A DNA stretch of 64,000 nt from an uncultured Actinomycetes bacterium (GTDB lineage: Bacteria > Actinomycetota > Thermoleophilia > UBA2241), in the NCBI GenBank assembly GCA_963709345.1, contig CAVPVX010000007.1:288001-352000 (forward strand), given 5' to 3'. The notes under the pieces were generated by a model. The model saw only the letters and a program-made list of their open reading frames with translations. It was not told where the DNA came from and did no database searches. The position numbers and the translations under genes are program-made. The first letter of the stretch is position 1. Every line of letters begins with the position of its first letter. This document shows, one piece after another, positions 22,146 to 32,605 of the stretch.

Positions 22146-23342
22146 GTGGCAACGGCGATCGAGACCAAGGGCAACGCCCTCACCTACGAGACCATCGAGG
22201 CCGAGGCCGGCCTCAAGGCCGCGCTGGCCATGAGCCGCGCCGACCTCGTCGACTTCGTGCGCGACAGCGACCTCAAGGGCCGCGGCGGCGCCGGATTCCC
22301 GACGGGCATGAAGTGGGGCTTCTGCGCGGCGGAGAAGGCCGACCAGAAGTACATCATCTGCAACGCCGACGAGGGCGAGCCCGGCACCTTCAAGGACCGC
22401 GTCATCCTCACCCGGTTCGCCGACCTCGTCTTCGAGGGAATGACCATCGGCGGCCGCGCCATCGGCGCGTCGCTCGGCATCATCTACCTGCGCGCCGAGT
22501 ACACCTACCTGCGCCCGCACCTCAACGAGGTCATCAAGCAGCGCCGTGAGAAGGGCCTTCTCGGCCATGACGTCATGGGCGTCGAAGGTTTCGACTTCGA
22601 CATCATCACCGCCATCGGCGCCGGCGCCTACGTGTGCGGCGAAGAGACCGCCCTTATCGAGAGCCTCGAGGGCTTCCGCGGTGAGCCGCGCAACCGCCCG
22701 CCCTTCCCCGTGGTCGCAGGTCTGCTCAACAACCCGACGGTCGTGAACAACGTGGAGACGCTGGCCTCGGTGGCGGCGATCCTCGCCAAGGGCGCCGACT
22801 GGTTCAAGGGGTTCGGCACCGACAAGTCGACCGGCTACAAGCTCTTCAGCATCAGCGGCGACTGCGACAAGCCCGGCGTGTACGAGTTCCCGTGGGGCAT
22901 CACCGTCGCGGAACTGCTCAAGGAGGTCGGCGGCGAAGGCGCCAAGGCCGTCCAGATCGGCGGCGCGAGCGGCATCTGCGTGCCCGCGAGGGACTTCAGC
23001 CGCGCGCTGGCATTCGAAGACATCCCCACCGGCGGCTCGGTGATGGTCATCGGCCCGAGCCGCGACATCCTCGACGTCGCCGAGAACTTCCTCGAGTTCT
23101 TCGTCGAGGAGAGCTGCGGCCAGTGCACGCCGTGCCGCCTCGGCAACCCCCAGATGCTCAAGGTCGTCCAGCTGCTCAAGCAGGGCTCCTGCCCGCCTGA
23201 GTTCCTGGCCGACGTCAAGGCTCTGGGCGAGACCATGAAGGTCGCCTCGAAGTGCGGCCTCGGGCAGACCAGCCCGAGCGCCTTCCTCTCGATACTCGAG
23301 GGCTTCGAAGACGAGATCAGCAACCGCGCCCCGAGCGCCTGA
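22146..23342 (+). CDS. Short NuoF-like diaphorase subunit (HydB)
   Basis: GRGGAGFP, NADEGEPGTFKDR, GAYVCGEETAL, GGASG, ESCGQCTPCR; only 398 aa. Confidence 0.9.
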   Translation: MATAIETKGNALTYETIEAEAGLKAALAMSRADLVDFVRDSDLKGRGGAGFPTGMKWGFCAAEKADQKYIICNADEGEPGTFKDRVILTRFADLVFEGMTIGGRAIGASLGIIYLRAEYTYLRPHLNEVIKQRREKGLLGHDVMGVEGFDFDIITAIGAGAYVCGEETALIESLEGFRGEPRNRPPFPVVAGLLNNPTVVNNVETLASVAAILAKGADWFKGFGTDKSTGYKLFSISGDCDKPGVYEFPWGITVAELLKEVGGEGAKAVQIGGASGICVPARDFSRALAFEDIPTGGSVMVIGPSRDILDVAENFLEFFVEESCGQCTPCRLGNPQMLKVVQLLKQGSCPPEFLADVKALGETMKVASKCGLGQTSPSAFLSILEGFEDEISNRAPSA

Positions 23343-23355
23343 CGAGAGCGAGGGA

Positions 23356-25293
23356 GTGAGCATGAGCAATCCCACCACGCCGATCCATCGCGCGCCGCTC
23401 TCGCAGCAGCACCGGCGCGTCATCACCACCACCAGCCCGGACGCCATCGGCGCCCTGGTCAGCGTCACCATCGACGGCGTCGAGGCCAAGGTACCGTTCG
23501 GCACCACGATCCTCGAGGCATCCAAGAACGCCGGCGTCAACATCCCGACGCTGTGCGACCACCCGGACCTCAACGTTGCCGGCGTCTGCCGCATGTGCGT
23601 CGTCGAAGTCGAGGGCCAGCGAACGCTGCAGCCCGCCTGCACGTTCCCGGTCGTCAACCAGATGAAAATCAAGACGCACACGCGCAAGGTCCGCATGGCC
23701 CGCAAGCACGTGCTCGAGCTGCTGCTCAGCGAGCACTGCGGCGAGTGCTACAGCTGCGTGCGCAACGGCAACTGCGAGCTGCAGTCCCTGGCCGAGGAGT
23801 ACGGCATCACCGAGTTCGCCTTCGGGCACCCGAGCGAGCCGCTCTACGAGCAGGACACGTCCAGTTACTCCGTGATGCGCGACATGAACAAGTGCATCCG
23901 CTGCCGCCGCTGCATCCGCACCTGCATCGACGTGCAGGAGGTCGGCGTGCTCGAGGCCATCGGCCGCAGCAACAAAGTCACGATCGAGACCTTCGAAGAC
24001 ATGCCGCTCGGCTCCGTGGTCTGCATCAACTGCGGCCAGTGCGTCAACCGCTGCCCGGTCGGCGCCCTGTACGCCAAGGACGAGACCGACGAAGTCTGGG
24101 CCGCGATCGACGATCCCGACAAGCATGTGGTCATCCAGACCGCCCCGGCGCCACGTTCGGCGATGGGGGAGGTCTTCGGCCTCGAGCCCGGCACGCCGGT
24201 CACCTTCGAGATGAACACGGCGCTGCGCCGGGCCGGCTTCGACATGGTGTTCGACACCAACTTCACCGCCGACCTCACCATCATCGAGGAGGGCACGGAG
24301 CTCATCCTCCGGCTCTACAAGGCGCTGGTGCTGGGTGACAAGGACGTCGCCCTGCCGCAGTTCACCAGCTGCTCGCCCGGCTGGGTCAAGTACCTCGAGC
24401 ACTTCTACCCCGAGTACCTGCCCAACGCCTCGAGCGCCAAGAGCCCACAGCAGATGTTCGGCGCGCTCATCAAGACGTACTACGCCGAGAAGCTGGGCCT
24501 GGACCCGGCGAACATCGTGAGCTGCGCGCTCATGCCCTGCTCGGCCAAGAAGTACGAGTGCAACCGTCCCGAGATGGTCGACTCCGGCTTCCAGGACGTC
24601 GACTATGGGCTCACGACGCGCGAGCTTGGCAAGATGTTCAAGGAGGCCGGCCTGCACGTGCCCAGCCTGCCCAAGAGCGACTTCGACGACCCCTTCGGCA
24701 CCGCCACCGGCTCCGGCGTCATCTTCGGCGCCACCGGCGGCGTCATGGAGAGCGCCCTGCGCACCGTCATCGAGCTCGTCACCGGACTCAAGGTCGAGAG
24801 CATCTACGACCACGGCGACATCATCCCGGTGCGTGGCTTCGAGGGCGTCAAGTACGCCGAGCTCACCATCCCCCAGGTCGGCCCGGTGCCCGAGATCCTC
24901 GCGCACCTCGTGCCGGATTGGGAGTGGCTGAACGGCGCCACCCTCAAGGTGGCCGTCGCCCACGGCACCGCCAACGCCAAGAAGGTCATGGACGACATCA
25001 AGGCCGGCGGCAAGTTCAGCGAGTGCCACTTCATCGAGATCATGGCCTGCCCCGGCGGTTGCCTGGGCGGCGGTGGCCAGCCGATCCCGACCAGCCCCGA
25101 GATCCGCGCGGCGCGCGCCAAGGCGATCTACGCCGAGGACCACGCCTACGACGTCCGCAAGTCCTACGAGAACCCGGCGGTCGCCGCTTCCTACGCCGAG
25201 TTCCTCACCGACGGCCCGTGCGGGCACAAGAGCCACAAGCTCCTGCACACCGACTACACGGCCCGCGGCAAGCACATCCCGCAGGACGACTGA
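23356..25293 (+). CDS. hydA: Second [FeFe]-hydrogenase catalytic subunit (group A)
   Basis: FTSCSPGW, MPCSAKKYE, EIMACPGGCLGGGGQP. Confidence 0.93.
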   Translation: MSMSNPTTPIHRAPLSQQHRRVITTTSPDAIGALVSVTIDGVEAKVPFGTTILEASKNAGVNIPTLCDHPDLNVAGVCRMCVVEVEGQRTLQPACTFPVVNQMKIKTHTRKVRMARKHVLELLLSEHCGECYSCVRNGNCELQSLAEEYGITEFAFGHPSEPLYEQDTSSYSVMRDMNKCIRCRRCIRTCIDVQEVGVLEAIGRSNKVTIETFEDMPLGSVVCINCGQCVNRCPVGALYAKDETDEVWAAIDDPDKHVVIQTAPAPRSAMGEVFGLEPGTPVTFEMNTALRRAGFDMVFDTNFTADLTIIEEGTELILRLYKALVLGDKDVALPQFTSCSPGWVKYLEHFYPEYLPNASSAKSPQQMFGALIKTYYAEKLGLDPANIVSCALMPCSAKKYECNRPEMVDSGFQDVDYGLTTRELGKMFKEAGLHVPSLPKSDFDDPFGTATGSGVIFGATGGVMESALRTVIELVTGLKVESIYDHGDIIPVRGFEGVKYAELTIPQVGPVPEILAHLVPDWEWLNGATLKVAVAHGTANAKKVMDDIKAGGKFSECHFIEIMACPGGCLGGGGQPIPTSPEIRAARAKAIYAEDHAYDVRKSYENPAVAASYAEFLTDGPCGHKSHKLLHTDYTARGKHIPQDD

Positions 25294-25306
25294 CACCACC
25301 CGCGTC

Positions 25307-25342
25307 CAGGAGGCGCCGCCGCTTCGGCGGCGGCGCCTCCTG
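25307..25342 (+). terminator. Hairpin after the second hydA
   Basis: CAGGAGGCGCCGCCGC-TTCG-GCGGCGGCGCCTCCTG with a UUCG loop. Confidence 0.65.
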
Positions 25343-25463
25343 CGTGTGTCGCGTCGACAGGTGACCTGATGCGGGATGCCGGGCCGATGAATCCCGAGCG
25401 CCGAGGCGTCTGCATCGTTTACACTACGAGCGGGTAGATAATCCGCAGCGGGCAACGAGGTCA

Positions 25464-26828
25464 ATGGGAGCAGACAAACAGCAGCGACGGCCCTCCGTCA
25501 CGTACGTCGACCCGTTCCGAGACGCCGACGCGCTCAAGCCCATCGGAGCCAAGGAACGTGCTCTTCTCCGCACCGTGAACCAGAAGATCGCGGCGCGCCC
25601 CTCCCTGCGAGCAATCGTCGACTATCTCTTCGAAAAGACTCAGGCGCTGATTCCGTGCGACCGCATGGGCCTCGCCTTCGTCGACGAACGCGGGGAGCTC
25701 GTTACCAGCTACTACAACCGGGCCTCCTACGAGCCGCTGCGCATCGGCCAAGGCTATCGCGAAGTCCTGCAGGGCAGTTCGCTGCACGAGGTCATGCAGA
25801 ACGGGTTGCCGCGCATCATCAGTGACCTCGAGGACTACGTGCGGGAGCACCCCCGAAGCCGCTCCTCGAAGCTCCTCATCAAGGAGGGCGTGCGCTCGAG
25901 CCTGACGTGCCCCCTCAGCGTCGAGGGGCGCGTCGTCGGCTTCATCTTCCGCAGCTCCCGCGAAGCTCACGCGTACGGCCCCGGCCACATCGAGCTGCAG
26001 ATGGCGATCACCGAGCGCCTCAGCCAGGCGGTCGAGAAGGCCTGGCGGATCGAGCAGCTCGAGGAGGCCAACTACGCCTACACGCAGATGCTGGGATTCG
26101 TCAGTCACGAGCTCAAGAGCCCCGTCGCCTCGATGGTGACGGACGCACAGATCCTCAGCCAGGGCTACCTCGGCGATCTCACCCCCGAACAACTGGCCAA
26201 GGTCACCAGCATGGAGCGCAAGGGCCAGTACCTGCTCAGCCTCGTCCGTGAGTACCTGGACCTCGCGCGTGTGGAGGGCGGAGAGCTCACCCTCGCCACG
26301 CGCCCGCGAGTGGACGTGATGGAGGCCGTCGTCGACGAGGCCGTCGAGCTCGTTCGGCCGCAGATCGACGCCCACGGGATGCAGCTGATGGCATGCGTGC
26401 CGACTCCCCCACTCCCGCTCGTCTGCTGCGACTCGACGCTCCTGCGCATCGTCCTCGTGAATCTTCTCGACAACGCCGTCAAGTACGGCAACGAAGGCGG
26501 GGAGATCCACCTGACGGCCGAGGTGTCGCCGAACACCACCAAGAAGGGCGAGAAGCTCCGCGTCAGCGTCTGGAACGCAGGCCCCGGCTTCAGCCAGTCC
26601 CAGCAGGACAAGCTCTTCCGTCGCTTCTCGCGGCTTGACGACCCCGCGCTCAAGAGCCGGCGCGGCACGGGCGTCGGGCTCTACAACGCCTGGCGCATCA
26701 TCCAGCTGCACAAAGGCCGGCTCACCGCCGAGTCAAAGCACGGGGAGTGGGCAGAGTTCGCATTCGAGATCCCGGCGTCGGCCGAGTGCGCCGAGCCGGA
26801 AGCTGTCGACCGAGGGAGCAGCGCATGA
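25464..26828 (+). CDS. GAF-domain histidine kinase
   Basis: GAF-like (EGVRSSLTCPL); VSHELKSP; NLLDNAVKYG; GTGVGL. Confidence 0.85.
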   Translation: MGADKQQRRPSVTYVDPFRDADALKPIGAKERALLRTVNQKIAARPSLRAIVDYLFEKTQALIPCDRMGLAFVDERGELVTSYYNRASYEPLRIGQGYREVLQGSSLHEVMQNGLPRIISDLEDYVREHPRSRSSKLLIKEGVRSSLTCPLSVEGRVVGFIFRSSREAHAYGPGHIELQMAITERLSQAVEKAWRIEQLEEANYAYTQMLGFVSHELKSPVASMVTDAQILSQGYLGDLTPEQLAKVTSMERKGQYLLSLVREYLDLARVEGGELTLATRPRVDVMEAVVDEAVELVRPQIDAHGMQLMACVPTPPLPLVCCDSTLLRIVLVNLLDNAVKYGNEGGEIHLTAEVSPNTTKKGEKLRVSVWNAGPGFSQSQQDKLFRRFSRLDDPALKSRRGTGVGLYNAWRIIQLHKGRLTAESKHGEWAEFAFEIPASAECAEPEAVDRGSSA

Positions 26829-28228
26829 CAGCATTGCCGGAGAAGGGCACGTTCATCGACGAGGCGGCGATCGACGACGCCATGCTCGCCGCCTCTACCA
26901 AGGACGCAGGGCGCGTCCGCGAGATCCTCGCCAAAGCCCTGGAGCTCAAGGGACTCGCTATGGACGAGGTGGCGGTGCTCACCTCCGTGAGCGACCCCCA
27001 ACTGCTGTCTGAGCTCTTTGAGACGGCGCGCGACGCCAAGGACGCGATCTACGGCTCGCGACTGGTGCTCTTCGCCCCGCTCTACATCAGCAACCTCTGC
27101 AACAACGACTGCCTCTACTGTGCCTTTCGCGTGCGCAACAAGGCGCTCAAGCGACGCGCCCTCACCCAGGACGAGATCCGCCGCGAGGTCGAGGCGCTGG
27201 TCGACCAGGGTCACAAGCGCATCCTGCTCGTCGCAGGCGAGTCGTATCCCAAGCAGGGCGGCTTCCAGTACGTGCTCGACAGCATCGCGACCATCTACGA
27301 CGTCAAGCGCGGCAACGGCGAGATCCGCCGCATCAACGTCAACGTCGCGCCCTTGAGTGTCGACGATTTCCGCGCTCTCAAGGCGACCGGCATCGGCACC
27401 TTCCAGCTCTTCCAGGAAACGTACCATCGCGCGACCTACGCGTCCGTCCACGTCGGCGGCAAGAAGAGGGACTACGACTGGCGCGTCACCGGCATGCACC
27501 GCGCCATGGAAGCCGGCATCGACGACGTCGGCATCGGCGTCCTCTTCGGCCTCGCCGACTGGCGCTTCGAGATCCTGGCGATGCTGCAGCACATCCACGA
27601 ACTCGAGCGCGCCTTCGGCGTCGGCCCGCACACGATCAGCATGCCGCGCCTCGAGCCCGCCAGCGGCTCGGACATGGCGAGCAAACCGCCGCTCCCGGTG
27701 AGCGACATCGACTTCCGCAAGCTCGTCGCCATCCTCCGCCTCGCGGTGCCTTACACGGGCATGATCATGAGCACGCGCGAGACGGCCAACCTCCGCCGCG
27801 AGACCTTCGCTCTCGGCGTCAGCCAGATCAGCGCCGGCAGCCGTACCAATCCCGGCGGCTACGAAGAGGACGAGGAGTTCGACGCCGCGCAGTTCCAGCT
27901 TGGCGACCACCGCTCGCTGGACGAGGTGATCCGTGACGTCGCCGAGCTTGGGTACGTCCCGAGCTTCTGCACCGCCTGCTACCGCCTCGGGCGCACGGGC
28001 ATGGACTTCATGGATCTCGCCAAGCCGGGCGACATCAAGCACCACTGCGACCCGAACGCTCTGAGCACCTTCGAGGAGTACCTGCTCGACTACGGCAGCG
28101 AGGAGACCCGCGCCATCGGCAAGGCGCTCATCACGCGGAAGGTCGCGGAGATGGACGACGTCCGCCGCGCCCACACCCAGAAGATGCTCGACAAAGTGCG
28201 CGCCGGCGACCGCGACGTGCTCTGCTGA
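26825..28228 (+). CDS. hydG: [FeFe]-hydrogenase maturase HydG
   Basis: FAPLYISNLCNNDCLYC radical SAM motif; C-terminal PSFCTACYR...C auxiliary cluster. Confidence 0.93.
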   Translation: MTALPEKGTFIDEAAIDDAMLAASTKDAGRVREILAKALELKGLAMDEVAVLTSVSDPQLLSELFETARDAKDAIYGSRLVLFAPLYISNLCNNDCLYCAFRVRNKALKRRALTQDEIRREVEALVDQGHKRILLVAGESYPKQGGFQYVLDSIATIYDVKRGNGEIRRINVNVAPLSVDDFRALKATGIGTFQLFQETYHRATYASVHVGGKKRDYDWRVTGMHRAMEAGIDDVGIGVLFGLADWRFEILAMLQHIHELERAFGVGPHTISMPRLEPASGSDMASKPPLPVSDIDFRKLVAILRLAVPYTGMIMSTRETANLRRETFALGVSQISAGSRTNPGGYEEDEEFDAAQFQLGDHRSLDEVIRDVAELGYVPSFCTACYRLGRTGMDFMDLAKPGDIKHHCDPNALSTFEEYLLDYGSEETRAIGKALITRKVAEMDDVRRAHTQKMLDKVRAGDRDVLC

Positions 28229-28296
28229 ACACGGCGCCGACGGACGGCCCCCGAGCGCGACCGAAGCGTCATGACCATGACACGAAAGGAAGCACT

Positions 28297-28557
28297 GTGA
28301 ACGACGACCACATCATCCTCGGCATCCACATCACCAACCGGCTGAAGAATGCCGCCTCCGTGCAGAAGGTCTTCACCGAGTACGGCTGCAACATCAAGAC
28401 GCGGATCGGGCTCCACGACGTGGACGAGAACGTCTGCTCGCCCAGCGGCGTCGTCCTCATCGAGTTCTTCGGCTCGGACGACGAGGCCACCGCGATGATG
28501 GCGAAGCTGAACGAGGCAGAGGGCGTGCAGGTCCAGAAGATGGTGTTCAACCACTGA
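28297..28557 (+). CDS. Small ACT-like hydrogenase-system protein (TM1266-like)
   Basis: VQKVFTEYGCNIKTRIGLH; located inside the maturation operon. Confidence 0.65.
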   Translation: MNDDHIILGIHITNRLKNAASVQKVFTEYGCNIKTRIGLHDVDENVCSPSGVVLIEFFGSDDEATAMMAKLNEAEGVQVQKMVFNH

Positions 28558-28579
28558 GCGCGACGCCCCGGACAGACCG

Positions 28580-30010
28580 ATGAGCAACGGCGTGCGCCTC
28601 GAGCGCGACATGCTCGGTGAGATCGCCGTGCCGGCGGGCAGCCTGCACGGCGCGCACACCGAGCGGGCGCTCGAGAACTTCCCGCTCGCCGGGCGGCCGG
28701 TGCACCTCGAGCTGGCGCGCGCGTACGGCATGGTCAAGCTGGCCTGCGCGCGCACCAACCGGGCGCTCGGCGTGTGGGCCGGCGACGACGCCAAGGCCGA
28801 CGCCATCGAGCGCGCCTGCCGTGAGCTGGCCGACGGGCTGCTCGACGACCACATCGTCGTCGACCGCCTGCAGGGCGGCGCCGGGACGAGCACCAACATG
28901 AACGTGAACGAAGTGCTGGCCAATCGCGCCCTGCAGATCCTCGGCGAGACGCCCGGCGAGTACGAGCGCGTCTCGCCGCTCGACGACATCAACCTCCACC
29001 AGAGCACGAACGACACCTACCCCACCGCGCTCAGGCTGGCGGCCATCGAGCTGCTCCACAAGCTGGAGGAGCAGATCGTCTCGCTGCAGGAGGCCTTCCA
29101 GGCCAAGGAGCAGGAATTCGCGCACGTCGTCAAGGTGGGCCGCACGCAGTATCAGGACGCCGTGCTCACGACCCTCGGCCGCGAGATGGGCGCCTACGCC
29201 GAGGCGCTGGGCCGCGACCGCTGGCGCATCTACAAGTGCGAGGAGCGCCTGCGCGTCGTGAACCTCGGCGGCACCGCCATCGGCACCGGCTTCGCGGCGC
29301 CGCGCCAGTACGTCTTCCGCGTGGTCGACACGCTGCGCGAGCTCACCAGCATCGGCTTCGCCCGCGCCGAGAACCTCACCGAAGCGACGCAGAACGCCGA
29401 CGTCTTCGTCGAGGTCTCGGGGATCCTCAAGGCGCACGCCGCGACCCTGCTCAAGCTCGCCGGCGACCTGCGGCTGCTGAGCTCCGGGCCGGAGGCGGGG
29501 CTCGGCGAGATCCGGCTGCCGCGGCGGCAGGCCGGCTCGAGCATCATGCCGGGCAAGGTCAACCCCGTCGTCCCCGAGGCCGTCAGCCAAGCGGCGCTGC
29601 TGGTGTTCGGCTACGACACCACCATCGCCACGGCCGCCGGCCTCGGCAGCCTCGAGCTCAACGCCTTTCTGCCACTCATCGCCGCCTGTCTGCTGCAGAG
29701 CCTCGGGCTGCTGGCGCACTCAGACGAAATCCTGCGCCGGTTCTGTGTCGAGGGCATCGAGGCCGACGAGGAGCGCTGCGCGACGCACGTGCGCGTCTCC
29801 AGCGCCGCCGCGACGGCGCTCGTCCCCGAACTGGGCTACGACGCGGCCTGCGGCGTCGTCCGCAGGGCCGCTGAGCGTGGGGAGACTATCCGCGACGTCG
29901 TCGTCGACGACGGCCTGCTCTCGGCGGACAGGTACGACGAACTGCTCTCGGCCGAAGCCGTCTGCCGTCTGGGCACGCCCCAGACGCGCGGCGCCGGCGT
30001 GGAGGACTGA
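28580..30010 (+). CDS. aspA: Aspartate ammonia-lyase
   Basis: QGGAGTSTNMNVNEV, QSTND, KVGRT, GSSIMPGKVNPV. Confidence 0.88.
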   Translation: MSNGVRLERDMLGEIAVPAGSLHGAHTERALENFPLAGRPVHLELARAYGMVKLACARTNRALGVWAGDDAKADAIERACRELADGLLDDHIVVDRLQGGAGTSTNMNVNEVLANRALQILGETPGEYERVSPLDDINLHQSTNDTYPTALRLAAIELLHKLEEQIVSLQEAFQAKEQEFAHVVKVGRTQYQDAVLTTLGREMGAYAEALGRDRWRIYKCEERLRVVNLGGTAIGTGFAAPRQYVFRVVDTLRELTSIGFARAENLTEATQNADVFVEVSGILKAHAATLLKLAGDLRLLSSGPEAGLGEIRLPRRQAGSSIMPGKVNPVVPEAVSQAALLVFGYDTTIATAAGLGSLELNAFLPLIAACLLQSLGLLAHSDEILRRFCVEGIEADEERCATHVRVSSAAATALVPELGYDAACGVVRRAAERGETIRDVVVDDGLLSADRYDELLSAEAVCRLGTPQTRGAGVED

Positions 30011-30054
30011 GACGTGATCGCGGCTTCGCGGCGCTCTCACAAGGAGGAGGGCTC

Positions 30055-31362
30055 ATGGGCCTGATGGACGCACCCCGCGGCATGCGCCTGCACATCGGCA
30101 TCTTTGGCCGGCGCAACGTCGGCAAGAGCAGCCTGCTGAACGCGATCACCCGCCAGGACGTCAGCATCGTGAGCGACTTCGCCGGCACCACGACCGACCC
30201 TGTCGAGAAGCCGATGGAGTTGCTGCCGCTCGGCCCCATACTCTTCATCGACACGGCCGGGATAGACGACGTCGGCGTGCTCGGCGAGCTGCGCGCGAAG
30301 AAGACCACGCAGGTCTTCGACCGCACCGATCTGGGCGTGCTGGTCACCGAGGCCGGAAGCTGGGGCGAGTACGAAGACGGCATCCTCGACGAGTTCCAGG
30401 AGCACAAGACGCCGGTCGTGGTCGTCTTCAACAAGAGCGACCTCGTGAGCAAGCCGGCGCCGGTCAAGCGCCTGCAGGACCTCAAGATCACACCCGTGAT
30501 GACCGCCGCCAGCGAGGGGCGCGGGGTCCTCGACTTCCGCCAGGCGCTGCTCGACGCGGCGCCGCCGGACTTCATCGACAACCCGTCGATCCTCGGCGAC
30601 CTCGTCAATTCCGGCGACCTCGCCGTGCTCGTCGTGCCGATCGACAAGGAGGCGCCGCGCGGCCGCCTGATCCTGCCGCAGGTGCAGAGCATCCGCGACC
30701 TCATGGACAGTGACGCGATGGCGCTCGTGGTGAAGGAGCGCGAGCTCCGCAACGCCATCGACCGCCTCAACCGGCCGCCGAAGCTGGTGGTCACCGACTC
30801 GCAGGCGTTTCTCAAGGTCGCCGCAGACACGCCGCCCGAGGTCCCGATGACGAGTTTCAGCATCCTCTTCGCACGCTTCAAGGGCGACCTCGTCAGCCAG
30901 GTCGAGGGCACCCTGGCGGTCGACGACCTGAAGAGCGGCGCCAACATCCTCATCGCCGAGGCCTGCAGCCACCACCCCATCGCCGAGGACATCGGGCGCG
31001 TCAAGATCCCCCGCTGGCTGACCCAGTACGTCGGCGGCAAGCTGAACATCGAGCACATGCAGGGCCACGACTTCCCCGACGACCTCTCGCGCTGGGACCT
31101 CGTGATCCACTGCGGCGCCTGCACCTTCAATCGCCGGGCGATGCTCGGCCGCATCCTGCGCTGCCGGCAACAGGGCGTGCCGATCACCAACTACGGCCTC
31201 GTGATCGCCTTCAGCCTCGGCATCTTCGAGCGCGCGCTCCAGCCCTTCCCCGCCGCCCTCGAGGCGTTGCGGGCGGCCCACGCGCGACGGGCCGGGCACG
31301 CACCGGCGGAGCCGGTGACCGCCGGCCTGCCCGACGACGCCGCCGTCGACGACCTGTGCTGA
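30055..31362 (+). CDS. hydF: [FeFe]-hydrogenase maturation GTPase HydF
   Basis: GRRNVGKSS, GTTTD, DTAG, NKSD; EACSHH and HCGAC Fe-S ligands. Confidence 0.93.
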   Translation: MGLMDAPRGMRLHIGIFGRRNVGKSSLLNAITRQDVSIVSDFAGTTTDPVEKPMELLPLGPILFIDTAGIDDVGVLGELRAKKTTQVFDRTDLGVLVTEAGSWGEYEDGILDEFQEHKTPVVVVFNKSDLVSKPAPVKRLQDLKITPVMTAASEGRGVLDFRQALLDAAPPDFIDNPSILGDLVNSGDLAVLVVPIDKEAPRGRLILPQVQSIRDLMDSDAMALVVKERELRNAIDRLNRPPKLVVTDSQAFLKVAADTPPEVPMTSFSILFARFKGDLVSQVEGTLAVDDLKSGANILIAEACSHHPIAEDIGRVKIPRWLTQYVGGKLNIEHMQGHDFPDDLSRWDLVIHCGACTFNRRAMLGRILRCRQQGVPITNYGLVIAFSLGIFERALQPFPAALEALRAAHARRAGHAPAEPVTAGLPDDAAVDDLC

Positions 31363-31417
31363 TGGCGGCGCCCCGCTTCTCGCTCGCAGCCGGCCGGCAC
31401 CGGACGCGCACGCCGCG

Positions 31418-32512
31418 ATGACGCCCGCCTCCCCCGCGCTCCCGCCGCTCGGCGTCGCCGACGCCCTGAGCCGCGACGCCATCGAGCACTGGTTGCGCGA
31501 GACCGACCAGGCGCGGCTCGAGACGCTCTGGGCGCTCGCGGACGAGACGCGTCATCGCTACGTGGGCGAGGCGGTCCACCTCCGCGGCCTCATCGAGGTG
31601 AGCAACTACTGCGTGCGCGGCTGCACGTACTGCGGCATCCGCGCCGCCAATCGAGATGTGGAACGGTATCGCCTCTCCGGCGACACCATCGTCGCGAGCG
31701 CCCACAAGGCCGTCGACTTCGGTTACGGCACCATCGTGATGCAGGCCGGCGAGGACTACGGCCTCGAGGCCGAGTGGATGGCCGCCGTGCTACGGCGCAT
31801 CCGCGCCGAGACGTCCGTGTCTGCGATCACGCTCAGCCTCGGCGAGCGTTCCGATGAAGACCTGGCGCTCTGGCGCGAGGCCGGGGCCGACCGCTACCTG
31901 CTGCGCTTCGAGACATCCAACGATGCTCTGTACCGCCACATACATCCCGACCTGCCCGGCAGGGTGAGCGACCGCATGGCGATCCTGCGGCGCCTGCAGG
32001 AACTGGGCTACGAGGCGGGGACGGGGATCATGGTCGGCATCCCCGGCCAGACCCAGCACAGCATCGCCGACGACATCGACCTCTTCCGCGGCATGGACAT
32101 GGACATGATCGGACTGGGACCCTACCTGCCCCATCCGGCGACGCCCCTGGGGCAGGAGTTCGAGCGACGGCAGGCCGAAGGCGACTGGCCGCCGGATCAG
32201 GCTCCCAACAGCGAGCTTATGACCTGCAAGGTCCTCGCGCTCACGCGCCTCGCGCGCCCAGACTCCAACCTCCCGGCGACGACGGCGCTCTCGCTGGTCA
32301 ACAAGGCCGGAGGGCGCGCTCACGGCCTGGAGCGCGGCGGCAACGTGGTGATGCCCAATGTCACGCCGCCGAAGGAGCGCGAGAAGTACGAGATCTACCC
32401 CGAGAAGGCAGCCGTGCACGAGACGGCCGAGGCCATCAACGAGAGCATCATGGCCCTCTTGGAGTCGCTCGGCCGCACGGTGGGCACCGGAGCCGGCGGC
32501 CGCGGCTCCTGA
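31418..32512 (+). CDS. hydE: [FeFe]-hydrogenase maturase HydE
   Basis: RGLIEVSNYCVRGCTYCG, GADRYLLRFET, NVVMPN, YEIYP. Confidence 0.92.
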   Translation: MTPASPALPPLGVADALSRDAIEHWLRETDQARLETLWALADETRHRYVGEAVHLRGLIEVSNYCVRGCTYCGIRAANRDVERYRLSGDTIVASAHKAVDFGYGTIVMQAGEDYGLEAEWMAAVLRRIRAETSVSAITLSLGERSDEDLALWREAGADRYLLRFETSNDALYRHIHPDLPGRVSDRMAILRRLQELGYEAGTGIMVGIPGQTQHSIADDIDLFRGMDMDMIGLGPYLPHPATPLGQEFERRQAEGDWPPDQAPNSELMTCKVLALTRLARPDSNLPATTALSLVNKAGGRAHGLERGGNVVMPNVTPPKEREKYEIYPEKAAVHETAEAINESIMALLESLGRTVGTGAGGRGS

Positions 32513-32540
32513 GCAGCCCGGCCCGGCGAGGCCTCAAGAC

Positions 32541-32576
32541 GGAGCGGCCGGGGCGCTCGCGCGCCCCGGCCGCTCC
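32541..32576. terminator. Hairpin between convergent genes
   Basis: GGAGCGGCCGGGGCGC-TCGC-GCGCCCCGGCCGCTCC. Confidence 0.55.
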
Positions 32577-32605
32577 CGCTCCACTCAGTCTGCTGCGCTA
32601 GAGCC

